From Naegleria gruberi (lineage: Eukaryota), in NCBI GenBank assembly GCA_000004985.1, contig GG738870.1: a DNA stretch of 64,000 nt. One strand, given 5' to 3'. Position numbers and translations under genes: made by a program. The number at the start of each line of letters is the position of its first letter. Within the stretch, counting starts at the first letter, position 1. The notes beneath the pieces are model-generated. The model was not told the DNA's origin and searched no databases. It saw nothing but the letters and a program-made list of their open reading frames with translations. Below are positions 35,850 to 47,700 of this stretch, one piece after another.

Positions 35850-36929
35850 ATGTTCGAACATATGCCTACGCAATGCTATAACTTGCCTAAACTACAGGCT
35901 CCGCTTACCATAACAGTAATTCCTTCTCACTCACTGAAGAGGAAGAAGGAAGATGAAGAAGAAATTGACGATCATGACGAAAATAATTCTCTTATAATTA
36001 CTCCTTGCATACAAAGACAATCACGATATTCAACAGGAGTTTATTCATCTCCAACAAAAATACATTATCCATCACATCAAACCGACTGTACAATAATACC
36101 AACACATTCATCTCAAATACCAACAACAGAAGAAGGACAGCCTAAAAAATTAAAACAATATCATGAACAAACTAACGAATGCTCTACAACAGTTGCTAGT
36201 AGTAGTTTAATTATGAATTCACCATTTCAATTATTTTACAAGCCACAATTAACCGATCCATGGTTTTCAAAATTTAATATGGAAGAATGTGTTATGAATT
36301 TTAATAGATATGTAGATGACATGCATGATGTTAATGTGATCAAAATGAGTCCGCAAGAATATTTTAATTGTTGTTATGATTTTAGTTCATCTTTCAATGG
36401 ATCAGGTTTACTAAGGTTATATAGAGATCTTGGTTTCAAATCTTTCTTTGATTATAGATATTTCATATTTGTATTCTTATTTAATTTCAATACTAAACTT
36501 TCCATATCAAGAAGTGAATGGACATTTGGAATGTTCAATTTACAATGTGATAATGTACAGAAACTCAGATATCAAATTGATAAAGTTGCAGAAGAATCTA
36601 AAACATGGAACAATGATCAAATGAAGAATTTGTTCACTGTTACATTTAAAATATTGAGAGAATCTGAAAAGAGTAGATCAATTGATGCAACTGTAGCAGG
36701 ATATGCTTTGAAAGTATTAATGACAGGTAGAAGTCCTTTCACAGAATCATTTTCTAATTTTTTAATTTCATCAAATAATCCAATTAGATCAATTAATTTA
36801 GATCAATGGAAAATATTTGTTGATTTTTCATCTAATATTTCTGCCAACCTTTCAAATTATGATTCTAATGATGCTTGGCCATCACTTTATGATAATTATT
36901 TGAGTTGTTCATTCGGATTAAAATATTAA
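35850..36929 (+). CDS. DCN1-like (defective in cullin neddylation) PONY-domain protein
   Basis: C-terminal 'INLDQWKIFVDFSSNISANLSNYDSNDAWPSLYDNYLS' parallels DCUN1D '[39 protein letters not shown]'. Confidence 0.65.
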   Translation: MFEHMPTQCYNLPKLQAPLTITVIPSHSLKRKKEDEEEIDDHDENNSLIITPCIQRQSRYSTGVYSSPTKIHYPSHQTDCTIIPTHSSQIPTTEEGQPKKLKQYHEQTNECSTTVASSSLIMNSPFQLFYKPQLTDPWFSKFNMEECVMNFNRYVDDMHDVNVIKMSPQEYFNCCYDFSSSFNGSGLLRLYRDLGFKSFFDYRYFIFVFLFNFNTKLSISRSEWTFGMFNLQCDNVQKLRYQIDKVAEESKTWNNDQMKNLFTVTFKILRESEKSRSIDATVAGYALKVLMTGRSPFTESFSNFLISSNNPIRSINLDQWKIFVDFSSNISANLSNYDSNDAWPSLYDNYLSCSFGLKY

Positions 36930-36952
36930 ATATATTCTTATTTATTTACAAA

Positions 36953-37915
36953 TCAGTCTTTATTACTCTTTTTAGATGATTTTTCATCTTCTTCCTGTTC
37001 TTTCTTTTTCCTTTCTTCTTCCTCTTGTTGTCTTGCTCTTTCTTCTCTCATCTTTCTCACTCTCTCCCATTTTTCATCAGCAAGCCTCTTTTCCTCGTCC
37101 TCAAATTCTTTTTCTTCCTTTTCAATTCTTGAACATAAGGTTTCTAAATCCTTTTCAATTTGGCTACTGAGCCAATCCAATCCTTTCACTATATGTTCGT
37201 CAGTCTTATTCTTCGTCAATTCTCTTTTAGCAATACATGGCAAAATGTTGAAACTGGAAACATATTCGGTCAACTCGTGTAATTGTAATCGTTCTGAAAT
37301 TTCTGAAGGCTCTAATGAATTCGGTAAATCTTGCTTATTTGCCAATCTAATTGAAATGTTAACTAAATTTTTAAATAATAGTCAAACATACAATAGGAGA
37401 GGTTTTCCTTTAAAGTATGGATGCTTTATACTGTCCACAAGTGTTTGACGAGACTCTTCCAATCTTTTTTCATCTGCAGAATCAATAACGAAAATAGCTC
37501 CGTGAATCTAATTAGATATTTGTATTCAAATCATCACCAATGAAATTAAACTTACTGATGGAAAATAATTTGGCCAAATGGCTCTAATATTTGCACCACC
37601 TCCAACATCAAAATATGTAATTTCATAATGTTCATGTTTCAACACTTCTCTGTTGAATCCAACAGTTGGCATTGGTTTAAAATCCGCATGTCCCTTAAGA
37701 GAGGCTAAGAATGTTGATTTACCAGCATTATCTATTTTGTATTTACAATTTTAATCCAATAATTAAATTGATGATAATTAAAAATACAATTGATTAGACC
37801 TTCAGAATTCTAATTTCTTCTTCTACTCACCCAAACCAATAAGCATCACCGTTATTTTCAACTCATCCTTCTTCTTCTTCCCGAATCCGAATAAATTCTT
37901 AAAGAGTGATAACAT
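36953..37915 (-). CDS. ARF-like small GTPase of the ARL13 type (ciliary) with coiled-coil K/E-rich tail; 4 exons (37831..37915, 37556..37731, 37392..37507, 36953..37346)
   Basis: MLSLFKNLFGFGKKKKDELKITVMLIGL|DNAGKSTFL...MPTVGFNREVLKHEHYEITYFDVGGGANIRAIWPNYFPS|IHGAIFVIDSADEKRLEESRQTLVDSIKHPYFKGKPLLL|LANKQDLPNS...VKGLDWLSSQIEKDLETLCSRIEKEEKEFEDEEKRLADEKWERVRKMREERARQQEEEERKK. It has G in place of the catalytic Q ('DVGGG'), the 'LDNAGK(S/T)' P-loop and the coiled-coil tail as in ARL13B (FDLGGGIRIRGIWKNYY...ANKQD...[25 protein letters not shown]..). Introns are 97, 48 and 43 nt. Confidence 0.75.
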
Positions 37916-38145
37916 TTTTTGTTTGATTTGATATTTTTAAAAATTCTCGATAACTATAAAACAATGAAACCACTCTCTGATTATACAGTGTACTTCTTTC
38001 AACAAACATTTCAATCTGTAAATATTTTGGCGCGAAATTTTAATTCGCATAAATTTTGCAGAGCACTACAAATGTATTACACATTGAAGTTTGTTGTAGT
38101 ATTGTGAAAAAATATAAACATTGCATGTTATCTTGAATTTCTAAA

Positions 38146-39279
38146 ATGTTAACTGTAGTTCAAATATACAAAATAAGAAACTGCCATAATTGTAAAAAAA
38201 AAAGAATGAAAAATTCACAACGATTTTTAAACCTTCTTTTATTGTTCACTCTTTTCTTTATTGGATTTATCATCATATCTAAGGCATCTATCAACACAGT
38301 CTCTTTCGGATCCTTCGCATGTGATGATTCAACCTCAACCACTCGATGCACGTCTGCCTCATTAGAAATTGTCAATAATGCTTCCTCCAATTCATTTGAT
38401 TCTCTTTCCTATTCATCTTATGATAATAATGGAGAGAAGATTGATTTGGGAACCACTCTTAAATTTGACACAAAAATCATCTCATCTAGGGCAAGAGTTT
38501 TCTTTGCCAAAGACAATCAAATCATTTACAACAAGTATGAATTGTTTGAGCCAAGTATTTCATGTGCAGTGAATCCGATGAATAAGTGTTTTGAAGCTAA
38601 ACGAGTATTGTGCTGTTTGAATGGCAAGAGGGGAACAGGAGTATTTTGTCTGAAGGAAGAAGAGCCCTCTTCATACACTGGATTAAGGAGAGCCTACCAG
38701 GTCTATAGAATGGTTGGAAAGAAGTACATTTACAAAGTCACTATGAAGATTTCTCAAAATGGTCGTAGTAGGGATTTCACTTTTAGTGAAGATAACACCA
38801 TTGTTTCAACCTCAAATGTTCAGGCATCGATTTTTTATCAACATCAAACTGAACAACAAACTATCTTTTCAAATTTACAAACAATTTCAGATAATTATGT
38901 GCTTATGAGAATGATGCATCTTGGAACTGCTTCAGGTTATAATCAAATTCAACCAAGTGAAGTGTTGCTAGTAGAGAAATTGTCAAACTTTTTAACAAAT
39001 CAGTATTCCTATTATGTTAAGGCAACATGTAATACTGAATTTGGTCAAGCAACTCAAACCCATACTAATTCAGAAAACAAAGATGATCAATTCTATAATT
39101 CGGAAAATCTGTACGGTATTAAGAATGTTCTGAATCAAAAATTTGAGATTCCTAAGGTAGATACTACAAGTTTTGGAAATACAGTTGGAGATGAGTCTGG
39201 AGTAGATTATTTTGAGTTTGACATTAATACGCCATCTATTTCATTGAATTTATTAATTAATAATATATACGATATATAA
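38146..39279 (+). CDS. Secreted or type-II membrane protein, 377 aa, unknown function (likely ATG at 38206)
   Basis: Hydrophobic segment FLNLLLLFTLFFIGFIIISKA near the N-terminus; Cys-containing S/T/N/Q-rich ectodomain; no recognisable domain. Confidence 0.5.
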   Translation: MLTVVQIYKIRNCHNCKKKRMKNSQRFLNLLLLFTLFFIGFIIISKASINTVSFGSFACDDSTSTTRCTSASLEIVNNASSNSFDSLSYSSYDNNGEKIDLGTTLKFDTKIISSRARVFFAKDNQIIYNKYELFEPSISCAVNPMNKCFEAKRVLCCLNGKRGTGVFCLKEEEPSSYTGLRRAYQVYRMVGKKYIYKVTMKISQNGRSRDFTFSEDNTIVSTSNVQASIFYQHQTEQQTIFSNLQTISDNYVLMRMMHLGTASGYNQIQPSEVLLVEKLSNFLTNQYSYYVKATCNTEFGQATQTHTNSENKDDQFYNSENLYGIKNVLNQKFEIPKVDTTSFGNTVGDESGVDYFEFDINTPSISLNLLINNIYDI

Positions 39280-39331
39280 TTATTTCAAACTATTCCAAGG
39301 AAATGTAAATAATTGTAAAATTGAGTAATAC

Positions 39332-40211
39332 TTACGCAACATAGTTTCTACGTGGCTTTGTAATTATAAATTCAAATAAAAGACCTCCTAAAGCACCTCC
39401 AATGAATGGTGCTGTATAATAAACCCATGAATTTGAGTACCATGTCCATGACAATATTTGAGGACCTAAGGCACGGGCTGGATTCATACAAGCATTAATT
39501 AAGGATCCTGCTCCTATTGATAATGCCACTGGAGCAGCTGCAACAACTGAACTGATTGGTTCCAATCCTGTTTCTTGACTCAAATGTTGTGATTTTATCA
39601 ACGATCCAAATATAGAAATAACAACAAAAAATCCTGTCACAATTTCTAAGGCAAACACTCTAAAAGCATCCCCAATATCTTCTGGAGGCTGAAACACAGC
39701 AGGTTGAGCTAATAAATTTAATGATATATCACTGTAATAGAACTATCATCACACTTACTTGTTTTAGTAACTAGTAAACAAAAACTTGCACCAATAATTC
39801 CACCAATTAATTGCATTACTATGTACAAAATTCCGGAAAGTATTCCAACATTTCTCGTTATCATGGTTGCAAAAGTTATAATCGGATTGAAATGTGCTCC
39901 ACTAACTATTAATTGTCAATAAACTATTTTACTATTATTATGAGAAACTACATACTTGGTGCAAATATATGGAAGCAGGCTAATTGAGCAAATAATTGAC
40001 TTAGCGATGATTGAAACAATTCTCCCGAAGATAATGATGCAGCAGTTGTTCCAACAAATATATACTATTTATCATCACACAAATAATTTTAATTTCATCA
40101 TCATATAAATCCACATACCAAAGATGTTCCTACCAACTCTGCTATCAGTGATCTCCATTTAACATTAATATCTGGATGACTCCTCAGTTCTCTACATTCC
40201 GCGCAATTAGA
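39332..40211 (-). CDS. Aquaporin (MIP family); at least 4 coding exons (39332..39708, 39759..39905, 39956..40064, about 40211..40119). The 5' end and start codon are unresolved.
   Basis: 'ELRSHPDINVKWRSLIAELVGTSL|YIFVGTTAASLSSGELFQSSLSQLFAQLACFHIFAP|ISGAHFNPIITFATMITRNVGILSGILYIVMQLIGGIIGASFCLLVTKT|TQPAVFQPPEDIGDAFRVFALEIVTGFF...GAGSLINACMNPARALGPQILSWTWYSNSWVYYTAPFIGGALGGLLFEFI'. The second NPA box is 'NPAR'; the first box reads NPI. Introns are 54, 50 and 50 nt. Confidence 0.75.
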
Positions 40212-40742
40212 GTCATCACTTTTAAAGTTTCATCTACCTACCTCGAATTAATCGACAACATTTTTCCCTACAATTTACGTTCCTATTTTTTTCAAATTTT
40301 GTTTGTGGATATTTCTAACGATATTTTGGTCTCAACTTGCAGCAAGCTAGCACCTTGCTAGGATTCGACCCTTTGATAACAATGTTATTGGTCCACTTCA
40401 TTGAGGATTTATCGGAGAAAAGTGGTCCATTCATTTAGTAAAATTTCAAAATTTGAAAATCTTTGCCTGATCAGTTCAAAGTTAATTCATTTTAAAATCT
40501 AAAGAGAATTTCTCAAATTTAAAGAAGTCTTTATTAAAATTTAAAAAGACGAAACAATTCAACAGTAATTCTTTAAATTAAATTGGTAAGAAAATTAATT
40601 ACCAAAACATCAACAATTCAATAAATTTACTCTCAAATCAGCATGATAAAACATTAAAAAAGCCAAATAAAGAATTTCAAAAACTAGATTGAATATTTAT
40701 TAATAATTCAATAAACAATGTAAAAATTGAAGAGTGAAAAAA

Positions 40743-42557
40743 ATGCCTCTCAACCTCAACTTTTTGCAGGATTCATCATCGGATGAAGAGGAGGACATGA
40801 ACATTGTCTCGAAAAATCAAAAACCACGTGATTTTATTAGTTTTGATGATAGTGATGACGATAATGATGACGGAGAGGATGTAAAAATTGTGGAAAAGGA
40901 AGAGAAAGTAGTTGAAAAAGAACCAGAACAACAAAAAGAGGAAGAAAAAGTAGCAGAGAACGTTGATAACAAGATTGCTCAAGTCACAAAGACTAGAGAC
41001 AATATTTTGTCATTATTCTCTAGTGCTCAATCTCAATGGTCTCATCACTATAACATTGATATGGCTTTGCAACAGAAAATTGATGGAAAACCAATTTTAT
41101 CAAATTCCATGAAGGAAAGGCTTGCTGCTATTAAAAGTAAAAAGAAGGAAATTAATGGTAATATAACAATTAACAAAGAAGTCACACCTACAACTGTTGC
41201 CACTAATAGTAGTACAACTAGTAGTGGTACATTGGAAACAAATGAAGAAGAGAAGGTAATTGATGAAAAACCAAAGTATATTGAACCAGAAAGTCCATCA
41301 GTGGTTGTTGATAATGATGATGTTATTGAAATTAAAGAGAATAATGAAGAGGAAAGTACAGAAGGATTCATCAAAATTGATGATACCATTTCTAACCACC
41401 AATATAACTATGAAGCTCATAATGCCTATGCTAAATATCAAACAACAATTCCATGGCAAACTCAAGATTATTCTTCATATCCTCCTCCTTTACGTCTTCA
41501 TTATGAATTAATTGACTTTTATAATTTTGTAAAACAAACAAAAGAAGAAGAACTTGTTAGAGAACGTGTATTGGAAAAGGTTATGAGATTATGTAAAAAT
41601 GTGGATCCTAACTGTAGAATCCAAATGTTTGGTAGTTATCCTGCTGGATTAATGTTACCTGGTAGTGATTTGGATTTACATGTACTTTCAAGATCACTCT
41701 CTCAAAAAGTATTTTTGGAAAAGTTGAACAGAGAATTGAACAAATCAACAGAATTTGTTGAAATTAATTTCATTAGAAATGCAAATGTACCAATTATCAA
41801 GTTTAAGGAAGCAATTTCACTTCAAGAAGTTGATGTATCTTGCAATAATGCTGATACAGATTCAAGTGTAGAATTTATTAGAAGAAGTAGTGAAAAGTAT
41901 CCTGCCTTTAAATATTTATGTTACTTTTTGAAATATTTCTTAAAACAAAGAAATTTAAATATGGTTCTTTATGGAGGACTTTCTAGTTATGGATTAAGTT
42001 TGATGATTGTTAGTCATTTACAAATGCATACAAGTAACTCTAGTATTGAAGAAAGAGATGTTACTTCACTAGGCACCTTACTTTTGGACTTTTTCGCACT
42101 CTATGGAAGATATTTCAATTATTATTTCGCTGCAATTAGTCCAAGTCACGAAGGTAAATATTTACCATACCAAATGAAAATCAGATCAGGTTATTCATCC
42201 TCTCTCAAATTCACACCAAACATTATTGATCCAACTAATCCATCTAACAATGTATCAAAGGGTTCTAGTGCTTTACTTTCAATTAGAAACTCATTTAGTA
42301 ATGCCTTCGATGCATTAATTTCTCCAACTAATATCAATAAGGAATCTTTATTATCAACTATTTTGCGAGTTAGCCCAGATTTGTGTTGGAGAAGGATTTA
42401 CATTCATCAAGATCAATCCTTCTTAATCACTTGTAAACAATTTGCCAAATATTTCAATTCTTACATCACCAATGATGAGGAAGATAACAAATATAGCAAT
42501 AGTAAGAAACGTCAATATAAGGGAACATTTACACAATCGAAGAAAAAGAAATTTTAA
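40743..42557 (+). CDS. Non-canonical poly(A) polymerase / terminal nucleotidyltransferase (Cid1/Trf4/GLD-2 family), acidic N-terminus
   Basis: Catalytic 'MFGSYPAGLMLPGSDLDLHVLS' (GS..DhD nucleotidyltransferase motif) followed by a PAP/25A-associated-like region '..GGLSSYGLSLMIVSHLQ...LGTLLLDFFALYGRYFNY..'. Confidence 0.7.
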   Translation: MPLNLNFLQDSSSDEEEDMNIVSKNQKPRDFISFDDSDDDNDDGEDVKIVEKEEKVVEKEPEQQKEEEKVAENVDNKIAQVTKTRDNILSLFSSAQSQWSHHYNIDMALQQKIDGKPILSNSMKERLAAIKSKKKEINGNITINKEVTPTTVATNSSTTSSGTLETNEEEKVIDEKPKYIEPESPSVVVDNDDVIEIKENNEEESTEGFIKIDDTISNHQYNYEAHNAYAKYQTTIPWQTQDYSSYPPPLRLHYELIDFYNFVKQTKEEELVRERVLEKVMRLCKNVDPNCRIQMFGSYPAGLMLPGSDLDLHVLSRSLSQKVFLEKLNRELNKSTEFVEINFIRNANVPIIKFKEAISLQEVDVSCNNADTDSSVEFIRRSSEKYPAFKYLCYFLKYFLKQRNLNMVLYGGLSSYGLSLMIVSHLQMHTSNSSIEERDVTSLGTLLLDFFALYGRYFNYYFAAISPSHEGKYLPYQMKIRSGYSSSLKFTPNIIDPTNPSNNVSKGSSALLSIRNSFSNAFDALISPTNINKESLLSTILRVSPDLCWRRIYIHQDQSFLITCKQFAKYFNSYITNDEEDNKYSNSKKRQYKGTFTQSKKKKF

Positions 42558-42668
42558 TAAATTTCATTATTTCAATATTTATTCTTAAATATAAGATGAA
42601 TAAGAACATGGTGATAATTCATTAATGAATTTCAAATAATGTGAACTCCCTAGATCTAGAACTACAAT

Positions 42669-43950
42669 TTACACACTTACACATTGCGAAGATGGTGTTT
42701 CATTCAGTGGATTCGTCTGTGCAAGTTCTGTTGTCTCACCACTCGAAGTTACTGATCTTCCATCATCAATTGAGGCTGCCATTTGTTTCTTCCTTTCTGC
42801 TCCCTCCTTCCTCTTTTCAATCTCATTCAATGCATTTTCAGTGTCCATAAACAATGGATAAAAGAGGAAAATAATCAACACTCCAAAAATCAAAACAGCA
42901 GCACAATTCAATGCCTGCCAAATCAATTTCACCTCCTCAACATCTGCTGCAATGGAAGCCACTGCAATTGCAATCAACTCCAAAATTACACAAATAATTA
43001 AACCAATCAATAATCCGAAAGTAATTTTGAATGGAGATTGAACTCTTCTCTCAAAACTGGCCTTATCAATAGATGTTCTTAATTTGCTACTATCGGCCGA
43101 TAATAAATCAGTTTCCTTTAGTTGTTGAGATTTGACTGCTTGTAAAACATTTCGAGAAGTTTGACGAATTGTCTTGATTACAAGAACTCCAGAAATGATA
43201 ACCATCAATGCAACAAATACAATCATAACAGCAGCTGCAGCAAAGGCAGAAGCAAATACTGCTGTCATTGCTTGTGATGGGACGAAATTAAACTTTTTTA
43301 ATCCTGCCACCACTGACATGACAATAACTAGAAGAGTTCCAAATACTATAAACAATCCTTCCATTATCATCATGACTATTCCTATTATCTTTGAAGTATT
43401 CTTATTGACAGCTCTCATGATTGTTGCTGTTTTCCAACTAAGTGAAATTTATGTGAATATAATTAATCCAATAAGAAAAGATTATTGGAAACAACATTTC
43501 GAATAAGTCTACTTACAACATTCTCTGTACGAAAAACATGATAACCATCAAAATTACAAAGTTGATCAACATGAAGAAGGTAATTATACCTGCAAATATT
43601 TGCACAGCCAAGAATAAATCCCAGCCCACTAGCTCCTTCCTCTCTGTTAGAATTCTCGACTCAATCTGAAGGGCATCAGAAACAATTCTCGTGATTAACA
43701 AGATGATTTGAACGAGAACGAATATTGTTGTCATGCTGAATAATATTTTGTGATTTCTCTTGAGTTGCACTTTCCTCGTGACTCTTATTAGAAAGGCCAC
43801 TAATCCTATCATGTAAATTGTGTACAGAAATAAAAAGACACCAGAGTTTGCCATTGTCAATCCACTGGACCAAAGTGGTTTAAAGTAGTCAGAGGTTACA
43901 TTGACATAACCGTTCTGATTAATAACTTGTGTAACAACCATTCGAATCAA
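42669..43950 (-). CDS. Multi-pass membrane protein, unknown function; 2 exons (43517..43950, 42669..43437) with a 79-nt intron
   Basis: Both exons encode several hydrophobic helices. Donor TT|gtaagt and acceptor cacttag|T are in phase 2, giving ...FFVQRMF|WKTATIMRAVNKN... Confidence 0.55.
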
Positions 43951-44359
43951 AGGTTTGTGAAGAGTTTTTTCTTGTTGATGAAATTTGTGTTGTGAACCTT
44001 GTTGGATGGCTTTGATGATGGCCCATGTTCGTGCAATAGAAGGAGTCAGCTTCCTTCTCTGGGTATTTCATAATTTACACGTTTATGATTTTTGATTCCT
44101 CAAAGCTAAATTATATGAATGAGGTTCAGAAACAACTCAATGTCAACTCAATTTTTTAACACAATTCAAAATTGTTCTATTCCTATAAGAGGAAAATTCA
44201 AAACACATTATTATCTCGAGAGAACAAGTAACGGTTGGGATTATATCACAACCATCTGAAGAGGACTTTGCAAAGAAAAGAATAATTTGATGAAATAGCT
44301 TTAATGGAACAAACAGCTACCGATTGATTGTTAGAGGTTTTCCCCAAAACCTTTCGTTT

Positions 44360-44626
44360 TTATCCATGCACTCTTTTTGACAAAACTTGCCTCACAACTT
44401 CGTAATGCGCAACTACTCTCCTTTCAATTTTCATTTTGTTTTCTGTTCTTTGGAATTCTATGTTAGAGCGGATAGCATCTAAGTTTGTTTCATCAACCAT
44501 CTTAACTTCATTTGCATAAAAAGGACAACTACTAATAATAAATAATTTATTGGAGCCATAATAGTGCTCTTGAAAGAAAATGAAAATCTCATTACAAAAA
44601 ATTAAAGATTTTTGATGAAATCCCAT
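44360..44626 (-). CDS. Small hypothetical ORF (88 aa), possibly spliced; weak
   Basis: ATG-initiated ORF between two genes; no domain or expression support; could be spurious. Confidence 0.2.
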   Translation of the reverse strand: MGFHQKSLIFCNEIFIFFQEHYYGSNKLFIISSCPFYANEVKMVDETNLDAIRSNIEFQRTENKMKIERRVVAHYEVVRQVLSKRVHG

Positions 44627-44705
44627 CTCTGTGTTGGATGCACTAGAAAGATCAGCATGTCAACATCGTTTGTGGGATGAGAAACTATTTACAAATTGAG
44701 TTTTT

Positions 44706-47700
44706 TTAGACTCTATCTTCATCATCAGATTCGTCTTCAGGATGATTCTTGGTTGTGGTGAACCCCATTTCAATACTATCTTCATCGTCGCTGCCTTCGA
44801 GTTCCAATTCACCAAGGCCACCTGGGCTCATCTCAAATTCATTTTCCTTTCCACCAACTCTTTCGTATTGACTGTACAATTGCTTGTTCTTAAAGTAGAA
44901 GAATATGATAACAGCAACCAGACAGACGAAAACAGAACCGAAAACGAAAAGAGCAGTCACTGCAGTTAATTTTCCAATTTCAAATTCATCACAAGTAATG
45001 CTTCTATCTGCAGGTAAACTTTCACCATCAAGACAAATCTTTGGTTCCTTCCACACGTACTTGATAGTAGAACGTCCATTTTCACACTTTGTTTCTACTG
45101 TTGTGTAATCTTCAGCAGCACAGACAGTACAAGGAACGAGTTCTGATTGAGGAAGAGAAGTTGACATTGGAGCATAAGGATAGCAAGTTGCTCCTGGCTT
45201 AAGGTACCAAGTTCTCTTTCTTTGTCCATTTTCACATTCTGGTTGCAAAACACTCTCATAATCGTACATTGTACAGACTGGGCATGCTACATTACTTTCC
45301 CAAAGAATATTGGTTGTACAAACGTCATCAACAGTGGCATCAGGATTAGCTCCAGTGAGAATAACTGGCTTTCCCAGACCTACTTTTGGATTACATCTGA
45401 GATCTATCTTTGTGTTATAGACACCACCATTGTTTGGACATCTATAATCGGTAGAGAACATAACCTTAATACCATTTCCAGTGGAGGCATCATAGGATAT
45501 TGTAGAACCCATATCACCACTTGGCTTGTATTTCAAGTTTGCGTAAGAAACATCCTCAATGCATGAATAGGTTCTATATCCCTTTCTACGATTCTTGTTA
45601 GTAACTTCCCTTCTTTGCTCTTCCAAAACTACAGATCTGGATTCTTTAGTACAGAATTTGGTATTGGCAGTATCAAATTTTTGACACAAACTAAAGTAAA
45701 GATTGAAGGTGGAATTTGGTAGAGCGAGAGGTCCTATAACACCTAATTCCCTGTCAAGAGCTTCTTGAAGGTCAGTGATATTATACATGAGCTCAGTTCC
45801 AGGAACATTGTAGGTGCATGTATTAATACATTCAGCACTTCCTGTATCAGAGTATGTTCCAGTTCCGCAATTCAAACATCTGTTTTGACCCCATTTGTTT
45901 TGGAAAGTGTTTCTGTAGCAAGACATGCAATATTCTTGTTTGAGATTAGAATAAGTACCAGGTTTACATGGAAGATATTCATCAGTAGCTTGAGTACAAT
46001 AGTGGCCTTCCTTACATTCGGCACAAGTATGTGCTGCTCCGTACTCTTCACCTTCAATAACAATTGATCTAATTCTGAATGTTGATTGCTTGTAAGGTGT
46101 ATCGTACTTGTCGTAAGCAAAGCTAAGAAGGTGACGACCTGGAGGATAGTACTTGGATTTATAAGTACCCTTATTAGCTGGTGAGTTATCTCTAGAGATA
46201 TCAGTCTCCAAAGTCTTATTCACAAAGAATAGCAAAACGGATGTGTCATCCTTATTATTATTATCAGGCAATTCCCATTGGAATTCAATAGTACCAAATG
46301 TATGCAACTGAATAGGAATAGTAAGCACAGTTTCATCTCCATAACCATTTCCAGCAGCATCCAAGTAAGCTTCATTAGTTTCAGCATTTGAATTAAAAGT
46401 CCATCCATTATTGGATTTATCACATTCTCCAATACATTTTGTAGTCCAAGATTTTGGCATTCCATTAATTTCGTTGAAATAATTTTGGTCATATCTTAAA
46501 TATTTGATAGCAGCATAATTTTCATAACAAATCTTGCATGTCTTTAAAGTGGTATCATAATATTCTCCCTTACCGGAACATCTTTGACAGACGTCATTTT
46601 CTCTGTACATACCCAATGGACATTGACTACATTCTTGATTGAGTTTCTTTTCTGGTAAAGCAACACCCCCAGAACAGATTCTAGGACTCTTCCATTCATA
46701 AACCAATGTTCTCTTTCCATTTGAGCAAGGAGTATGATAAGCATAATAGTCATTTGAAGTGCATTCTTGCTTTGGAGTACAAGAAGTAGATCCTTCATAG
46801 GCAAACTCATTATCAGGACATTGCTTACATTGACTTTGTCCTGATTGATCATTATAGGAACCAAAAGGACATGGTTTACATGATTCCTTACCCTTCTCAT
46901 CATTAAATGTTCCTTTTGGACACTTGCTACATTTTTCAACTGCAAGCTTTTCTCCATAAACTTTGATCCAAGTTAAATAGGCCATTTCCTTTGAAGAACT
47001 ACTTGGAGGAGTTCTATTATATCTCCATTCCAAAATATGAGGACCCTTTGCAAGTGGGAAACTCTTGACAATATATTCGTGAACATAACCTGTTCTTTCC
47101 ATTACTAATGTATTGTCAATGTAAAATTCCAATCCATCATTAGCATCTGCATCAACTCTAAAATTGAATTGAACTTCTCCTGCTTCTTTCAAAATATTTA
47201 CATAATAAGTCAAACTTGAAGTAACAATACCCAATGATCTAGATTGATCTCCAGAATAAAAGTATTTAGAATTTGCTGAAGCTTTCCAAGATGCACACCT
47301 AAATGATTTTCCACCTTCTGAAGTACAACTAGTTTTGAATGACTCTGGTAAATCACTCCAATCATTAATCAATGTTCCAGAAAAACTATATTCACCAGCA
47401 TTACATGGTTCACACTTTGTACTTGGTGGACTTAAAAAGTAACCATTGTCACAAACCAAATCTTTGAATTTTAGAATATTCAAATCCTAAACTCTACTTA
47501 CTACATGGAAATTCTTCTTGAGAAACTGGTAAAGGAACGCCTCCAGTACAGTTTGTTTTTTTATAATAGACAACTCTTCTCAAATCTTTAGGAGATGAAC
47601 ATTCTGTATAAATGGATCCATAGTCGCTCAATGTACATTCACGTCCTGTTGTTGTGGTGGTTGTTGGTGTATTTGTTGAGGTGGTAGCTGATGTTGGATT

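Noticed and set aside
40213-40235. 23-nt GTAGGT..AAAAG segment that would link an upstream ATG to the aquaporin first coding exon
   Set aside because: It is far below every other intron length in the window. It is kept only as an open question in the findings, not annotated as an intron.
47484-47501. Apparent 15-nt intron (gtaagtagagtttag) joining the two ELAPOR ORFs
   Set aside because: No phase-consistent join exists. A 40-nt intron ending at the next AG (caaag, 47462) restores the frame exactly and matches the other intron sizes.
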